From contig CAZVVT010000002.1 of assembly GCA_964630595.1 (NCBI GenBank), forward strand, positions 1,609-65,608: a stretch of 64,000 nucleotides of DNA, in the 5' to 3' direction. Each line of letters starts with the position of its first letter. The stretch's first letter is position 1. Under the pieces are notes generated by a model. It saw only the letters and a list, made by a program, of their open reading frames with translations. It had not been told where the DNA came from and did no database searches. Below are positions 10,822 through 18,790 of this stretch, piece after piece. Origin of the DNA: an uncultured bacterium (GTDB taxonomy: Bacteria; Chlamydiota; Chlamydiia; Chlamydiales; VFKH01). A program made the translations under genes and the position numbers.

Positions 10822-12014
10822 TGGTCGCTCGCAATCCCCACATGGCCCAACTCTCGCGGGAATATCTCTTTCCCGAAGTACGCAAACGCAAAGAGGCCGC
10901 TTTAGCGCAGAGGCCGGATGCCAAGCTCATTTCGCTGAGCATCGGCGATGCAAGCGAGCCGATCAGCCCCTTTGCGTCCAAAGCCATGGCCAATCAATCG
11001 ATCAGCCTCAGTACGGGAGATGGCTTTACCGGTTACGGGCCCGAACAAGGCATCGAAGATTTGCGTGGTGCTATTTGCATGCACTACTACAACGGGATTG
11101 TCGACCAAAACGAGATCTTCGTCTCCGATGGCGCCAAATGCGATATCGCACGCCTGCAGACTCTGTTTGGCGGTGACATCACGACTGCTGTGCAAGATCC
11201 GAGCTACCCTGTCTATGTGGACACAGCGCTCTTGATGGGACAAAAGGTCCTCAAGCTCCCCTGCACTCCCGAAAACGATTTCTTTCCCGATGTCAGCAAT
11301 GCGCCCGACTTTGACCTTCTCTACTTTTGCAATCCCAATAACCCGACAGGAGCTGTGGCCACAAGATTCCAGCTCACTCAACTCGTACAAGAAGTGCGCC
11401 GCCGTAGCGCGATTCTGATTTTCGATGCCGCTTACGCCACCTTCATTCAAGATCCCGATCTTCCTAAAACCATTTTCGAAATTGATGGCGCGAAAGAATG
11501 CTGCATTGAGATTCAGTCCTTCTCGAAAATTGCCGGCTTTACTGGCGTACGGCTTGCTTGGACAGTGGTTCCCGAAGCATTGCGCTTTAGCGATGGCACC
11601 AGCGTCCACAGTGATTGGACGCGCATCATGACCACCTGCTTTAATGGAGCGAGCATCATCGCACAACACGGCGGACTCGCTGTTCTTACTCCCAAAGGCT
11701 GGCAAGAGGCGCAGGAGCTGTGCCGGTTTTATCTCCACAATGCGGCACTCTTGCGCAAAAGCTTTTCCGACTACGAGATCTATGGAGGCATTCACGCCCC
11801 CTACTTGTGGGTGCGCATCCCCTCCATGACCTCATGGCAGGCTTTCGATCACTTCTTAGAAGAATACGACATTGTCACAACGCCGGGCTCCGGTTTTGGC
11901 CCATCCGGAGAGGGCTTTTTGCGCCTGTCAGCCTTTGGCCACAGAAGCGTTATTGAAGAAGCTGTGAAAAGATTGGCTATTCCTCATCATCTTCATCGAT
12001 CTCGATCTCGATGA
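10821..12014 (+). CDS. dapL: LL-diaminopimelate aminotransferase
   Basis: 397 aa. The N-terminus RNPHMAQLSREYLFPEV...ISLSIGDASEPI and the PLP-lysine motif SFSKIAGFTGVRLAW are typical of the DapL family known from Chlamydia and plants. TAATG overlap with asd. Confidence 0.88.
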   Translation: MVARNPHMAQLSREYLFPEVRKRKEAALAQRPDAKLISLSIGDASEPISPFASKAMANQSISLSTGDGFTGYGPEQGIEDLRGAICMHYYNGIVDQNEIFVSDGAKCDIARLQTLFGGDITTAVQDPSYPVYVDTALLMGQKVLKLPCTPENDFFPDVSNAPDFDLLYFCNPNNPTGAVATRFQLTQLVQEVRRRSAILIFDAAYATFIQDPDLPKTIFEIDGAKECCIEIQSFSKIAGFTGVRLAWTVVPEALRFSDGTSVHSDWTRIMTTCFNGASIIAQHGGLAVLTPKGWQEAQELCRFYLHNAALLRKSFSDYEIYGGIHAPYLWVRIPSMTSWQAFDHFLEEYDIVTTPGSGFGPSGEGFLRLSAFGHRSVIEEAVKRLAIPHHLHRSRSR

Positions 12015-12183
12015 CCTCGTCATCAAACTCTTCATCGTCTTCGAGCTCTTCGTCATCGAAAACTTCGAAATCGTCATCATCACCAAATTCAGCATCAAAC
12101 TCAGCATCTAAGTCGTCGGTCTCATCGCCTTCAACGTCCAGCCCTTTCACTTGCCAATGTTCAGGATTCAGATCTTTTTCCAT
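11977..12183 (-). CDS. Hyper-acidic small protein (68 aa from ATG 12183)
   Basis: MEKDLNPEHWQVKGLDVEGDETDDLDAEFDAEFGDDDDFEVFDDEELEDDEEFDDEVIEIEIDEDDEE. GAAGAGG lies 6 nt upstream of ATG 12181-12183, whereas the ORF track starts at TTG 12189. The 3-prime end overlaps the dapL end by 38 nt. Confidence 0.55.
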   Translation of the reverse strand: MEKDLNPEHWQVKGLDVEGDETDDLDAEFDAEFGDDDDFEVFDDEELEDDEEFDDEVIEIEIDEDDEE

Positions 12184-12278
12184 GTACAACCTCTTCTAGC
12201 TCATTGTAGGAACGTTACCGAATTCAGAGCAACCTTGGAAATTCGCCAAAAAAGCTCGCCAAACAGTACACTTCTGAC

Positions 12279-12875
12279 ATGACCGCATATTCCATCGCCT
12301 TTTCCCTTTTTCTGATCTTAAATTCCATTGGAGCCATCCCCAGCGTTTGTGAGTTCCTTAAAGGACATTCACAAAAGAAACAGCGCTCTCTGCTAATTAA
12401 AGATTTAATTGCTGTTTTGGTTTTATTAATTGCATTTAGTTTCCTTGGCGAATACTTCTTTGAGTGGATTGATATTACCCAATCCACCATTCGGATGGCC
12501 GGTGGGCTGCTGCTGGGCATGGTAGCGATTAAACTGATCTTCCCCTCGCTCAAGAAATACGACATTGAGTGCCACCTTGATGAGCCTTTTATTGTTCCCA
12601 TTGCCACTCCCCTCATTGCGGGGCCAGGCGCTTTAGCTGCAACGATGGTTTTTGCTCGCCAAGCCGCTGACGCCACCAGCATGGTCTACGGTGTTGTTGT
12701 CGCTTGGGCAGCAACGGCGCTCATTGTTTTCTTCGCCTTTGAACTGAAACGTCTCATTGGTGATAAGGGCATCATCGCCTTCCAACGCTTAATGGGCTTG
12801 ATTTTAACGCTCGTTGCCGTGCAAATGTTCCTGACGGGACTGACAGAATTCGTACAACATAACTTTGGGCAATAA
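12279..12875 (+). CDS. marC: MarC/UPF0056 family integral membrane protein
   Basis: 198 aa with about 6 hydrophobic helices. IATPLIAGPGALAA matches the MarC family signature. Confidence 0.8.
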   Translation: MTAYSIAFSLFLILNSIGAIPSVCEFLKGHSQKKQRSLLIKDLIAVLVLLIAFSFLGEYFFEWIDITQSTIRMAGGLLLGMVAIKLIFPSLKKYDIECHLDEPFIVPIATPLIAGPGALAATMVFARQAADATSMVYGVVVAWAATALIVFFAFELKRLIGDKGIIAFQRLMGLILTLVAVQMFLTGLTEFVQHNFGQ

Positions 12876-12878
12876 GCG

Positions 12879-13472
12879 ATGCATTCTTTTGGGTTACTGC
12901 AAATTGCACTTACTCTCTTTCTGATCATGGATGCTTTTGGCAACGTGCCCTTTTACTTGGCCCTGCTCAAAGATTTTCCGGAGCGCCGCCGTCGCCGCAT
13001 CATCTTGCGCGAGATGTTGATTGCTCTTGCCGTCATCTTTATCTTTGCCTACCTGGGCAACACCTTCCTGAATTTCATCCACGTCAATCCCGCCGCTGTT
13101 GGTATGACAGGCGGTCTGATCCTCTTCATCATCTCTCTGCAGTTGATCTTCCCCAAAAAAGCTGAAGAGCCCAAGCCAAAAGCCCTTCTCGAACCCTTTG
13201 TCGTTCCCCTCGCCGTTCCCTTAGTGGCCGGCCCAGGGATCTTGGGTTCCGTGATGGTCTATGCAGCGCAATTGAACAGCATGAACACCCTCAGCTTAGC
13301 GATTCTCCTCGCCTGGGTCCCCTCTCTTATTGTCCTGCTCTCCTCCACACTTTTGCAGCGCCTGCTGGGCAAGAACATTCTCATGGGCATCGAACGCCTC
13401 ATGGGCTTCGTCATGACCCTCTTCGCCGTCAACCTCTTCCTCGATGGCCTCCGCTCCTACATTCAGAACTAG
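12879..13472 (+). CDS. marC: MarC/UPF0056 family integral membrane protein (tandem paralog)
   Basis: 197 aa, collinear with the upstream copy (LAVPLVAGPGILGS). The intergenic gap is 3 nt. Confidence 0.8.
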   Translation: MHSFGLLQIALTLFLIMDAFGNVPFYLALLKDFPERRRRRIILREMLIALAVIFIFAYLGNTFLNFIHVNPAAVGMTGGLILFIISLQLIFPKKAEEPKPKALLEPFVVPLAVPLVAGPGILGSVMVYAAQLNSMNTLSLAILLAWVPSLIVLLSSTLLQRLLGKNILMGIERLMGFVMTLFAVNLFLDGLRSYIQN

Positions 13473-14181
13473 GCTAATCGTTGCCTATGATGGCACGGAC
13501 TTTTTCGGGTGGCAGAAGACAAAAGAGGGCCCCTCTATTGAAGAATCTTTGGAGGTTGCCCTCGCTCATGTGCTCCAAGAGCCGGTCACTTTAGAAGCGG
13601 CCAGCCGCACCGATCGCGGCGTGCATGCTCGTGGGCAAGTAGTCTGCTTTACCGCCTCCAAAACAGCCTCTGCGCGTGCCATCAATAGTCAGCTGCCTCC
13701 TACCATCCGCGTTCTCGACTCGCTCCTCTGCCCCCTCGACTTCCACCCCACCCTCCACGTGCGCTCTAAAGAGTACCGCTACACCATCACCATGGGACCG
13801 GTACAGCCCGCCCATCAGCGACTCACCTCTTGGCACGTCCCCTACGAACTGGATCTGCCTCTCATGAAAAAGTGCTGCCAGGCCCTTATTGGCACGCGCG
13901 ACTTTGCCGGTTTCTGCAACACCAAAGAAAACGAAAGCTACGACAGCACGATTCGGACCCTCTTTCATTTCGATCTCGAACCAATCGGGGTCCATCAGGT
14001 AGAATGGAGGGTCGTTGCCGACCACTTTCTCTACAAAATGGCACGGAATTTGGTGGGCACAACAACATGGATTGGATGCGGAAAACTGGGGACGGAGGCT
14101 CTTGCCGCAACAGATCGCACGCGTACGGGCGTTACTGCACCGGCATGTGGGCTGATCCTGCACCAAGTAAACTATGAATGA
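13444..14181 (+). CDS. truA: tRNA pseudouridine(38-40) synthase
   Basis: VAYDGTDFFGWQ and the catalytic-Asp motif ASRTDRGVHARGQVV. 245 aa. Confidence 0.92.
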   Translation: MASAPTFRTRLIVAYDGTDFFGWQKTKEGPSIEESLEVALAHVLQEPVTLEAASRTDRGVHARGQVVCFTASKTASARAINSQLPPTIRVLDSLLCPLDFHPTLHVRSKEYRYTITMGPVQPAHQRLTSWHVPYELDLPLMKKCCQALIGTRDFAGFCNTKENESYDSTIRTLFHFDLEPIGVHQVEWRVVADHFLYKMARNLVGTTTWIGCGKLGTEALAATDRTRTGVTAPACGLILHQVNYE

Positions 14182-15019
14182 CCGGAATCGCCCCTGCTTT
14201 TGCGGCAGCGGAAAAAAGTTTAAGCACTGCCACGGAAAAGAGTTCGACCACTATTGGCGCAACTGGCACATCCTGCTCAAAACGCCCGAGCAGATTGCCG
14301 GCATTCGCAAAGCGTGCCAAACTGCTGCCCACATCCTCGACGAAACCTGCAAGCGCGCCAAAGAGGGCGTCACCACAGACGAGCTCAACGACTTTGCCCA
14401 CGACCTCCACCGCCAGCTGGGCGCTAAACCCGCCCCTCTTGGCTATGGAGATCCGCCCTACCCCAAAAGCATCTGTACCTCTCTCAATGATGTTGTCTGC
14501 CATGGCATACCCGACGCTACCCCCTTGCGCGATGGGGACATCCTCAATATCGATGTTACAGCGATTGTCGATGGGTACTATGGCGATTGCAGCCGCATGG
14601 TTTCGATTGGCAACATCTCTGCAGAAAAGGCGCTTGTAATCAAGGCCGCCCACGGCTCCTTGCTGGCCGCCATCGATATTCTACGCCCCGGCATTCCTCT
14701 CAATGCCATCGGCGAGGCGATCGAAGCCTATGCCATCCCCTTAGGCTGCTCGGTCGTTCACCAATTCGTCGGTCACGGTGTGGGAGTGCTCTTTCATGAA
14801 GAGCCGCAGATTTTCCACAACCGCAACCGTTGCACGACCCCTCTTGCCGCTGGTATGACCTTCACTATCGAGCCTATGATCAATGCAGGCCTTGCCGAAG
14901 CCCAAATCGACTCTCACGATCGTTGGACCGCCCGCACCATCGACGGCAAAGCTAGTGCTCAATGGGAACACACCATTCTCATCACGGAGACGGGACACGA
15001 AATCTTAACAATCGCATAA
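14174..15019 (+). CDS. map: Methionine aminopeptidase type I with N-terminal SEC-C-like zinc motif
   Basis: CFCGSGKKFKHCHG, followed by the MAP core with metal-ligand regions DILNIDV, DGYYGD, GHGVG and WEHT. Confidence 0.93.
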   Translation: MNDRNRPCFCGSGKKFKHCHGKEFDHYWRNWHILLKTPEQIAGIRKACQTAAHILDETCKRAKEGVTTDELNDFAHDLHRQLGAKPAPLGYGDPPYPKSICTSLNDVVCHGIPDATPLRDGDILNIDVTAIVDGYYGDCSRMVSIGNISAEKALVIKAAHGSLLAAIDILRPGIPLNAIGEAIEAYAIPLGCSVVHQFVGHGVGVLFHEEPQIFHNRNRCTTPLAAGMTFTIEPMINAGLAEAQIDSHDRWTARTIDGKASAQWEHTILITETGHEILTIA

Positions 15020-15061
15020 GCTCTTGTTAAAAAAAATAATGAGCCTATAGCATTCATTCCT

Positions 15062-17848
15062 ATGCTAAAGCGCCTCTTTTTTCTCTCCCTCCTTTCGGCA
15101 GCGCTCGCCGCCGAGCCTACACTTCTTACGCAGCATGAGTCGGACGGCACGCATAAATTGCGTTTCGACGGCTTTGCGCCGGGGATGCGTTTTCGCCTTA
15201 TCCAGCAAACGATGACGGGTGAAGAGGCCTACTTGGGCTGGGTTAAAGAAGATGACAGTGGTCAGCTCTGTTTTTGCGTTGATGGGCAAGAAATTCCTCT
15301 ACACAAAGTCTCTTTTTCACCAACGGGATTCGCTTTCGGTGAAAAAGTGACCTATATCGCCATCGCCAAAGATCGCACTTATGAAATTGCCCATACCTTT
15401 GTGCCCCGCCCTCTTTCCGCCCAAAACTCCCTCGAAGAGCGCATCGAACTGCAGCAGCTGAATCCAAACGGTAAAGTATGGCAACTTAAAGGCAGCGGTT
15501 TTGACGCAGGGAAAAGCGTTATCTACGATGCTGTAACCACCACAGAGACCTTTGCCGGCACAGTTGTCACCGACGCATCAGGCTGTTTTGAAAAGCAGTT
15601 TGTACCAACCAACTCCACCCTTCCCTTTGGTTGGACACGGATCACGGTGGACTCTGGTCGTGGTAGCGCCTTCACGCTGAGCTACCCTTGGGGCGAAGAA
15701 GCGGTTGTGGAAGCCAGCAAAAAAGCCAAAGCACTCGAACGCCCCGCGAAACCTCTCCAATCACAACTCGTATCCGGCGAACACAAGCTTGTGATTCCCG
15801 TATTCAGTGATTCCATTGAAACCAGGGCTGCTCCTCAAAAACAGGCGACCGTGGCTCCGCAACCCAAAACAGCCGCTCCTTCCATCAGAGAAGCGTTGTC
15901 AGCTCGCCCACAAACCGCCTCACAGCAATCCTCTCCCCTTCTTGTTGCCGCTCCCCTTCCTCCTACTACCTTCACACCAGCCCCCAAAGGCTCTCCCGCA
16001 CCCGACGCCACACGCCTTATCAGGCAAAGCGCGCATCAAGAATCCATGCGCTTACAACAAGAAAAGACCCGCCAAGACCTACTACGCTCACAGCAAGCAA
16101 GGGCACATCAAGCCCTACTACGCTTCCAACAAGCAAAGGCTCGCCAAGAACTGCTGCGCTCACAGCAAGCAAAGGCAGCGGCTCGTCAAAAACAAGCGCT
16201 TGCCCAAAAACAAGCCTCACAGCAACGCGCAAAGCCCATTCAAGCTTCTCAGCAATGGAAGATGATGGTTGCTGCACCCAAAGCAGCTGCCCCCGCACAA
16301 GCTCCTAAACCCAACCATCCAAGCGCTATCGATTTAGCTCTAAAGAGCGCCGCAAAAGAGCGTGCTCAAACTGCACGTCCTGCAGCTGCCCCCAAAGCAG
16401 CCGCCCCCGCACAAGCTCCTAGAGCAGTAGCTCCTGCACAAGCTCCTAAACCCAATCACCCAAGTGCTATCGACCTCGCATTGAAGAGCGCCGCAAAAGA
16501 GCGCACGCAAGCTGCGCGCCCTGCAGCTGCCCCCGCACAAACTCCTAAAGCAGCAGCTCCTGCACAAGCTCCTAAACCCAACCATCCAAGTGCTATCGAC
16601 CTCGCATTGAAGAGCGCCGCAAAAGAGCGCACGCAAGCTGCGCGCCCTGCAGCTGCCCCCGCACAAACTCCTAAAGCAGCAGCTCCTGCACAAGCTCCTA
16701 AACCCAACCATCCAAGCGCTATCGACCTCGCATTAAAGAGCGCTGCAAAAGAGCGCACGCAAGCTGCACGCCCTGCAGCTGCCCCCAAAGCAGCCGCCCC
16801 CGCACAAGCTCCTAGAGCAGTAGCTCCCGCACAGGCTCCTAAACCCAACCAGCCAAGCGCTATCGACCTCGCATTGAAGAGCGCCGCAAAAGAGCGTGCT
16901 CAAGCTGCACGTCCTGCAGCTGCTCCTAAACCAGTTACCCCTGTCGCACAAGCCCCCAAAGCAGCCGCCCCCGCACAAGCTCCTAGAGCAGTAGCTCCCG
17001 CACAGGCTCCTAAACCCAACCAGCCAAGCGCTATCGACCTCGCATTGAAGAGCGCCGCAAAAGAGCGTGCTCAAGCTGCACGTCCTGCAGCTGCTCCTAA
17101 ACCAGTTACCCCTGTCGCACAAGCCCCCAACAAAGCAGCCGCCCCCGCACAAGCTCCTAGAGCAGTAGCTCCTGCACAGGCTCCTAAACCCAACCATCCA
17201 AGTGCTATTGACCTCGCATTGAAGAGCGCCGCAAAAGAGCGTGCAGCGAAACCTGTTCAACAGGCGAAAGCGGCTCCGGTAGCTCCAAAAACTGTAGCAA
17301 CTCCAGCTCCTAAGAAAGAACTTAACAGCGCTGTGGACTTGATCTTTGGTGATTCTGATAGCGCAGCCTTTGCCAAAGGCAGAGCACCTACTCCAGACAA
17401 TGAACCAGTGGCCCGAAAAGTACAGACTGCGCCAGCTCCTAAAGTTGCGCCAACCTCCAAGGCTGCAGCAACTCCCAAAGCTGTACAAGCCCCTAAAGTT
17501 GTTCCACAATCCCCTAATGCTATCGACCTCGCATTAAAGAGCGCGGCCAACGAATCTAAAGCTTCCGGCAAAAAGGCGGCAAGACGGGCAGAGCCTACAA
17601 AAGCAGCTCCTCCTGCACTCATCGAAAGGAAGGCTGACGCGATAAGCGAAGCACAAGCCCAGGATATAGCCCGCAAGAAGGCCGTAGAGGCATTAAAGGC
17701 CGAAACGGCGGCACGCGTGGCCAAAGCGCGCGAACTGACAGGAAGAGCGCCGCCTGCACAAAAAGCAGATACCGGTGCTTCCCAAAAGGTTGTCGGTCCT
17801 AATGCCATTGATATCGCACTAGGCCGAGTCCCTACAGCAAAGCGCTAA
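15062..17848 (+). CDS. Secreted/envelope Ala-Pro-Gln-Lys-rich tandem-repeat protein
   Basis: 928 aa. Signal peptide MLKRLFFLSLLSAALAA, a ~220-aa beta-rich N-terminal region, a Gln-rich LLRSQQA repeat block, then 7 near-identical plus 3 degenerate copies of a PSAIDLALKSAAKER-centred unit. No known domain recognised. Confidence 0.75.
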   Translation: MLKRLFFLSLLSAALAAEPTLLTQHESDGTHKLRFDGFAPGMRFRLIQQTMTGEEAYLGWVKEDDSGQLCFCVDGQEIPLHKVSFSPTGFAFGEKVTYIAIAKDRTYEIAHTFVPRPLSAQNSLEERIELQQLNPNGKVWQLKGSGFDAGKSVIYDAVTTTETFAGTVVTDASGCFEKQFVPTNSTLPFGWTRITVDSGRGSAFTLSYPWGEEAVVEASKKAKALERPAKPLQSQLVSGEHKLVIPVFSDSIETRAAPQKQATVAPQPKTAAPSIREALSARPQTASQQSSPLLVAAPLPPTTFTPAPKGSPAPDATRLIRQSAHQESMRLQQEKTRQDLLRSQQARAHQALLRFQQAKARQELLRSQQAKAAARQKQALAQKQASQQRAKPIQASQQWKMMVAAPKAAAPAQAPKPNHPSAIDLALKSAAKERAQTARPAAAPKAAAPAQAPRAVAPAQAPKPNHPSAIDLALKSAAKERTQAARPAAAPAQTPKAAAPAQAPKPNHPSAIDLALKSAAKERTQAARPAAAPAQTPKAAAPAQAPKPNHPSAIDLALKSAAKERTQAARPAAAPKAAAPAQAPRAVAPAQAPKPNQPSAIDLALKSAAKERAQAARPAAAPKPVTPVAQAPKAAAPAQAPRAVAPAQAPKPNQPSAIDLALKSAAKERAQAARPAAAPKPVTPVAQAPNKAAAPAQAPRAVAPAQAPKPNHPSAIDLALKSAAKERAAKPVQQAKAAPVAPKTVATPAPKKELNSAVDLIFGDSDSAAFAKGRAPTPDNEPVARKVQTAPAPKVAPTSKAAATPKAVQAPKVVPQSPNAIDLALKSAANESKASGKKAARRAEPTKAAPPALIERKADAISEAQAQDIARKKAVEALKAETAARVAKARELTGRAPPAQKADTGASQKVVGPNAIDIALGRVPTAKR
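16268..17245 (+). repeat. In-frame tandem repeat array, 7 units of 126-174 nt
   Basis: The AAA codon of the PKPN(H/Q)PSAIDLALKSAAKER core recurs at 16307, 16448, 16574, 16700, 16841, 17012 and 17186, giving spacings of 141, 126, 126, 141, 171 and 174 nt. The two 126-nt periods are copies of one unit, and the 171- and 174-nt periods are copies of a longer unit, with only scattered substitutions visible by eye. Confidence 0.95.
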
Positions 17849-18669
17849 TCTAGTTCGTCTTCCGGTTCGGGTTCGAAGTCTACAAGGGTCTTCGAGCGCT
17901 TGCCTGCAAGCAATCGCACGATAGAGAGCGTCCAGGCAACGAGGATATAGCCCCAGGTGACGACGGCAAAGAGGATCGCGAAGTAGTTCAGCACGCCGTA
18001 CAGCAGCCCTAAAGCGATCAGGACCGTAATAAAGACCAGGTTAAAGGAGCGCACGCGGATGTGGAGCGTTTTGACGCTGGGAAACTTCCAACGGCTGATC
18101 ATGAAATAGCCGAGAACAGCTAAGACCGCGCCTAAAATGGCAGCGCGGGTGACGGGCTGCAGAGCAGGTAATTCATCAGAGGCGAGCAGAAGGTTGGCCG
18201 ATACGGCCGCCAAGGCTGCTGCAGGGATAGGCAGGCCGGTGAAATTCTTCTTGTGCTCATGCATCAGCGCAGCACTCTCTTTGGCCTGGCTGTTTTTGAC
18301 ATTGAAGCGAACCAGACGAAGCACGCCGCAGACGGAAAAGAGCAGAGCCGCTGCAATCATGAAAAAAGAGAGGGTGGTGCCAGGGGCGGCCTTAATCGTG
18401 GTGATGACTAAAACAGCCGGAGCAACGCCAAAAGTGACGGCATCAGAGAGCGAATCAAACTGCACTCCAAACTCGCTCTCCGCATGAATAAAGCGCGCAA
18501 TGGCACCGTCTAAAACGTCAGCAATAGCGCCCACAATGAGAAGAATGCTCAAGACGTAAATGAGGTGAAAATTCACGTCCACCGCGGTGGCCATCTTGAA
18601 GACCACAAAGAGCCCACAAGCGAGCGCAAAAGCAGTGACCAAATTTGGGATGAGAAAGACCTTACGCAT
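17845..18669 (-). CDS. pssA: CDP-diacylglycerol--serine O-phosphatidyltransferase
   Basis: IPNLVTAFALACG start and the CDP-alcohol phosphatidyltransferase motif DGAIARFIHAESEFGVQFDSLSD. Multi-pass membrane protein. Confidence 0.85.
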   Translation of the reverse strand: MRKVFLIPNLVTAFALACGLFVVFKMATAVDVNFHLIYVLSILLIVGAIADVLDGAIARFIHAESEFGVQFDSLSDAVTFGVAPAVLVITTIKAAPGTTLSFFMIAAALLFSVCGVLRLVRFNVKNSQAKESAALMHEHKKNFTGLPIPAAALAAVSANLLLASDELPALQPVTRAAILGAVLAVLGYFMISRWKFPSVKTLHIRVRSFNLVFITVLIALGLLYGVLNYFAILFAVVTWGYILVAWTLSIVRLLAGKRSKTLVDFEPEPEDELD

Positions 18670-18736
18670 AGAACCTCATTGTATCAAAAGTCCCTGTTTT
18701 TAAGGGGGTTGCATTTATTCTAGACGGAAAGCGGCA

Positions 18737-18752
18737 ACACTATATATAGTGC
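18737..18752 (+). promoter_or_regulatory. NrdR box 1
   Basis: ACACTATATATAGTGC matches the published NrdR-box consensus acaCwAtATaTwGtgt at 15 of 16 positions. Perfect palindrome CACTATATATAGTG. Lies upstream of nrdA and overlaps a TATATA -10-like hexamer. Confidence 0.8.
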
Positions 18753-18769
18753 CGAAACAGTGAAAAGAC

Positions 18770-18785
18770 CTACAATAGGTTGTAG
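18770..18785 (+). promoter_or_regulatory. NrdR box 2 (weaker)
   Basis: CTACAATAGGTTGTAG has palindromic outer arms (CCTACA...TGTAGG, 18769-18786) and matches the consensus at about 10 of 16 positions. Its centre is 33 bp from the box 1 centre, roughly three helical turns as expected for tandem NrdR boxes. Confidence 0.55.
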
Positions 18786-18790
18786 GCGAA

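Noticed and set aside
12011-12199. 62-aa poly-Ser ORF on the + strand (MTSSSNSSSSSSSSSSK...).
   Set aside because: It is the mirror frame of the acidic ORF. It has no ribosome-binding site and starts inside the dapL end. The minus-strand reading has the better translation-initiation context.
16268-17245. Regularly spaced repeats that could superficially suggest a CRISPR array.
   Set aside because: The units are 126-174 nt, contiguous, with no unique spacers. They sit in one long open reading frame with conserved protein-level periodicity, and there are no cas genes. This is a coding tandem repeat.
16340-17509. Minus-strand Cys/Arg/Ser-rich ORFs (123, 130 and 258 aa) inside the repeat array.
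   Set aside because: They are the reverse-complement reading of the Ala/Pro/Lys repeat DNA. They inherit its periodicity and lack starts with ribosome-binding sites.
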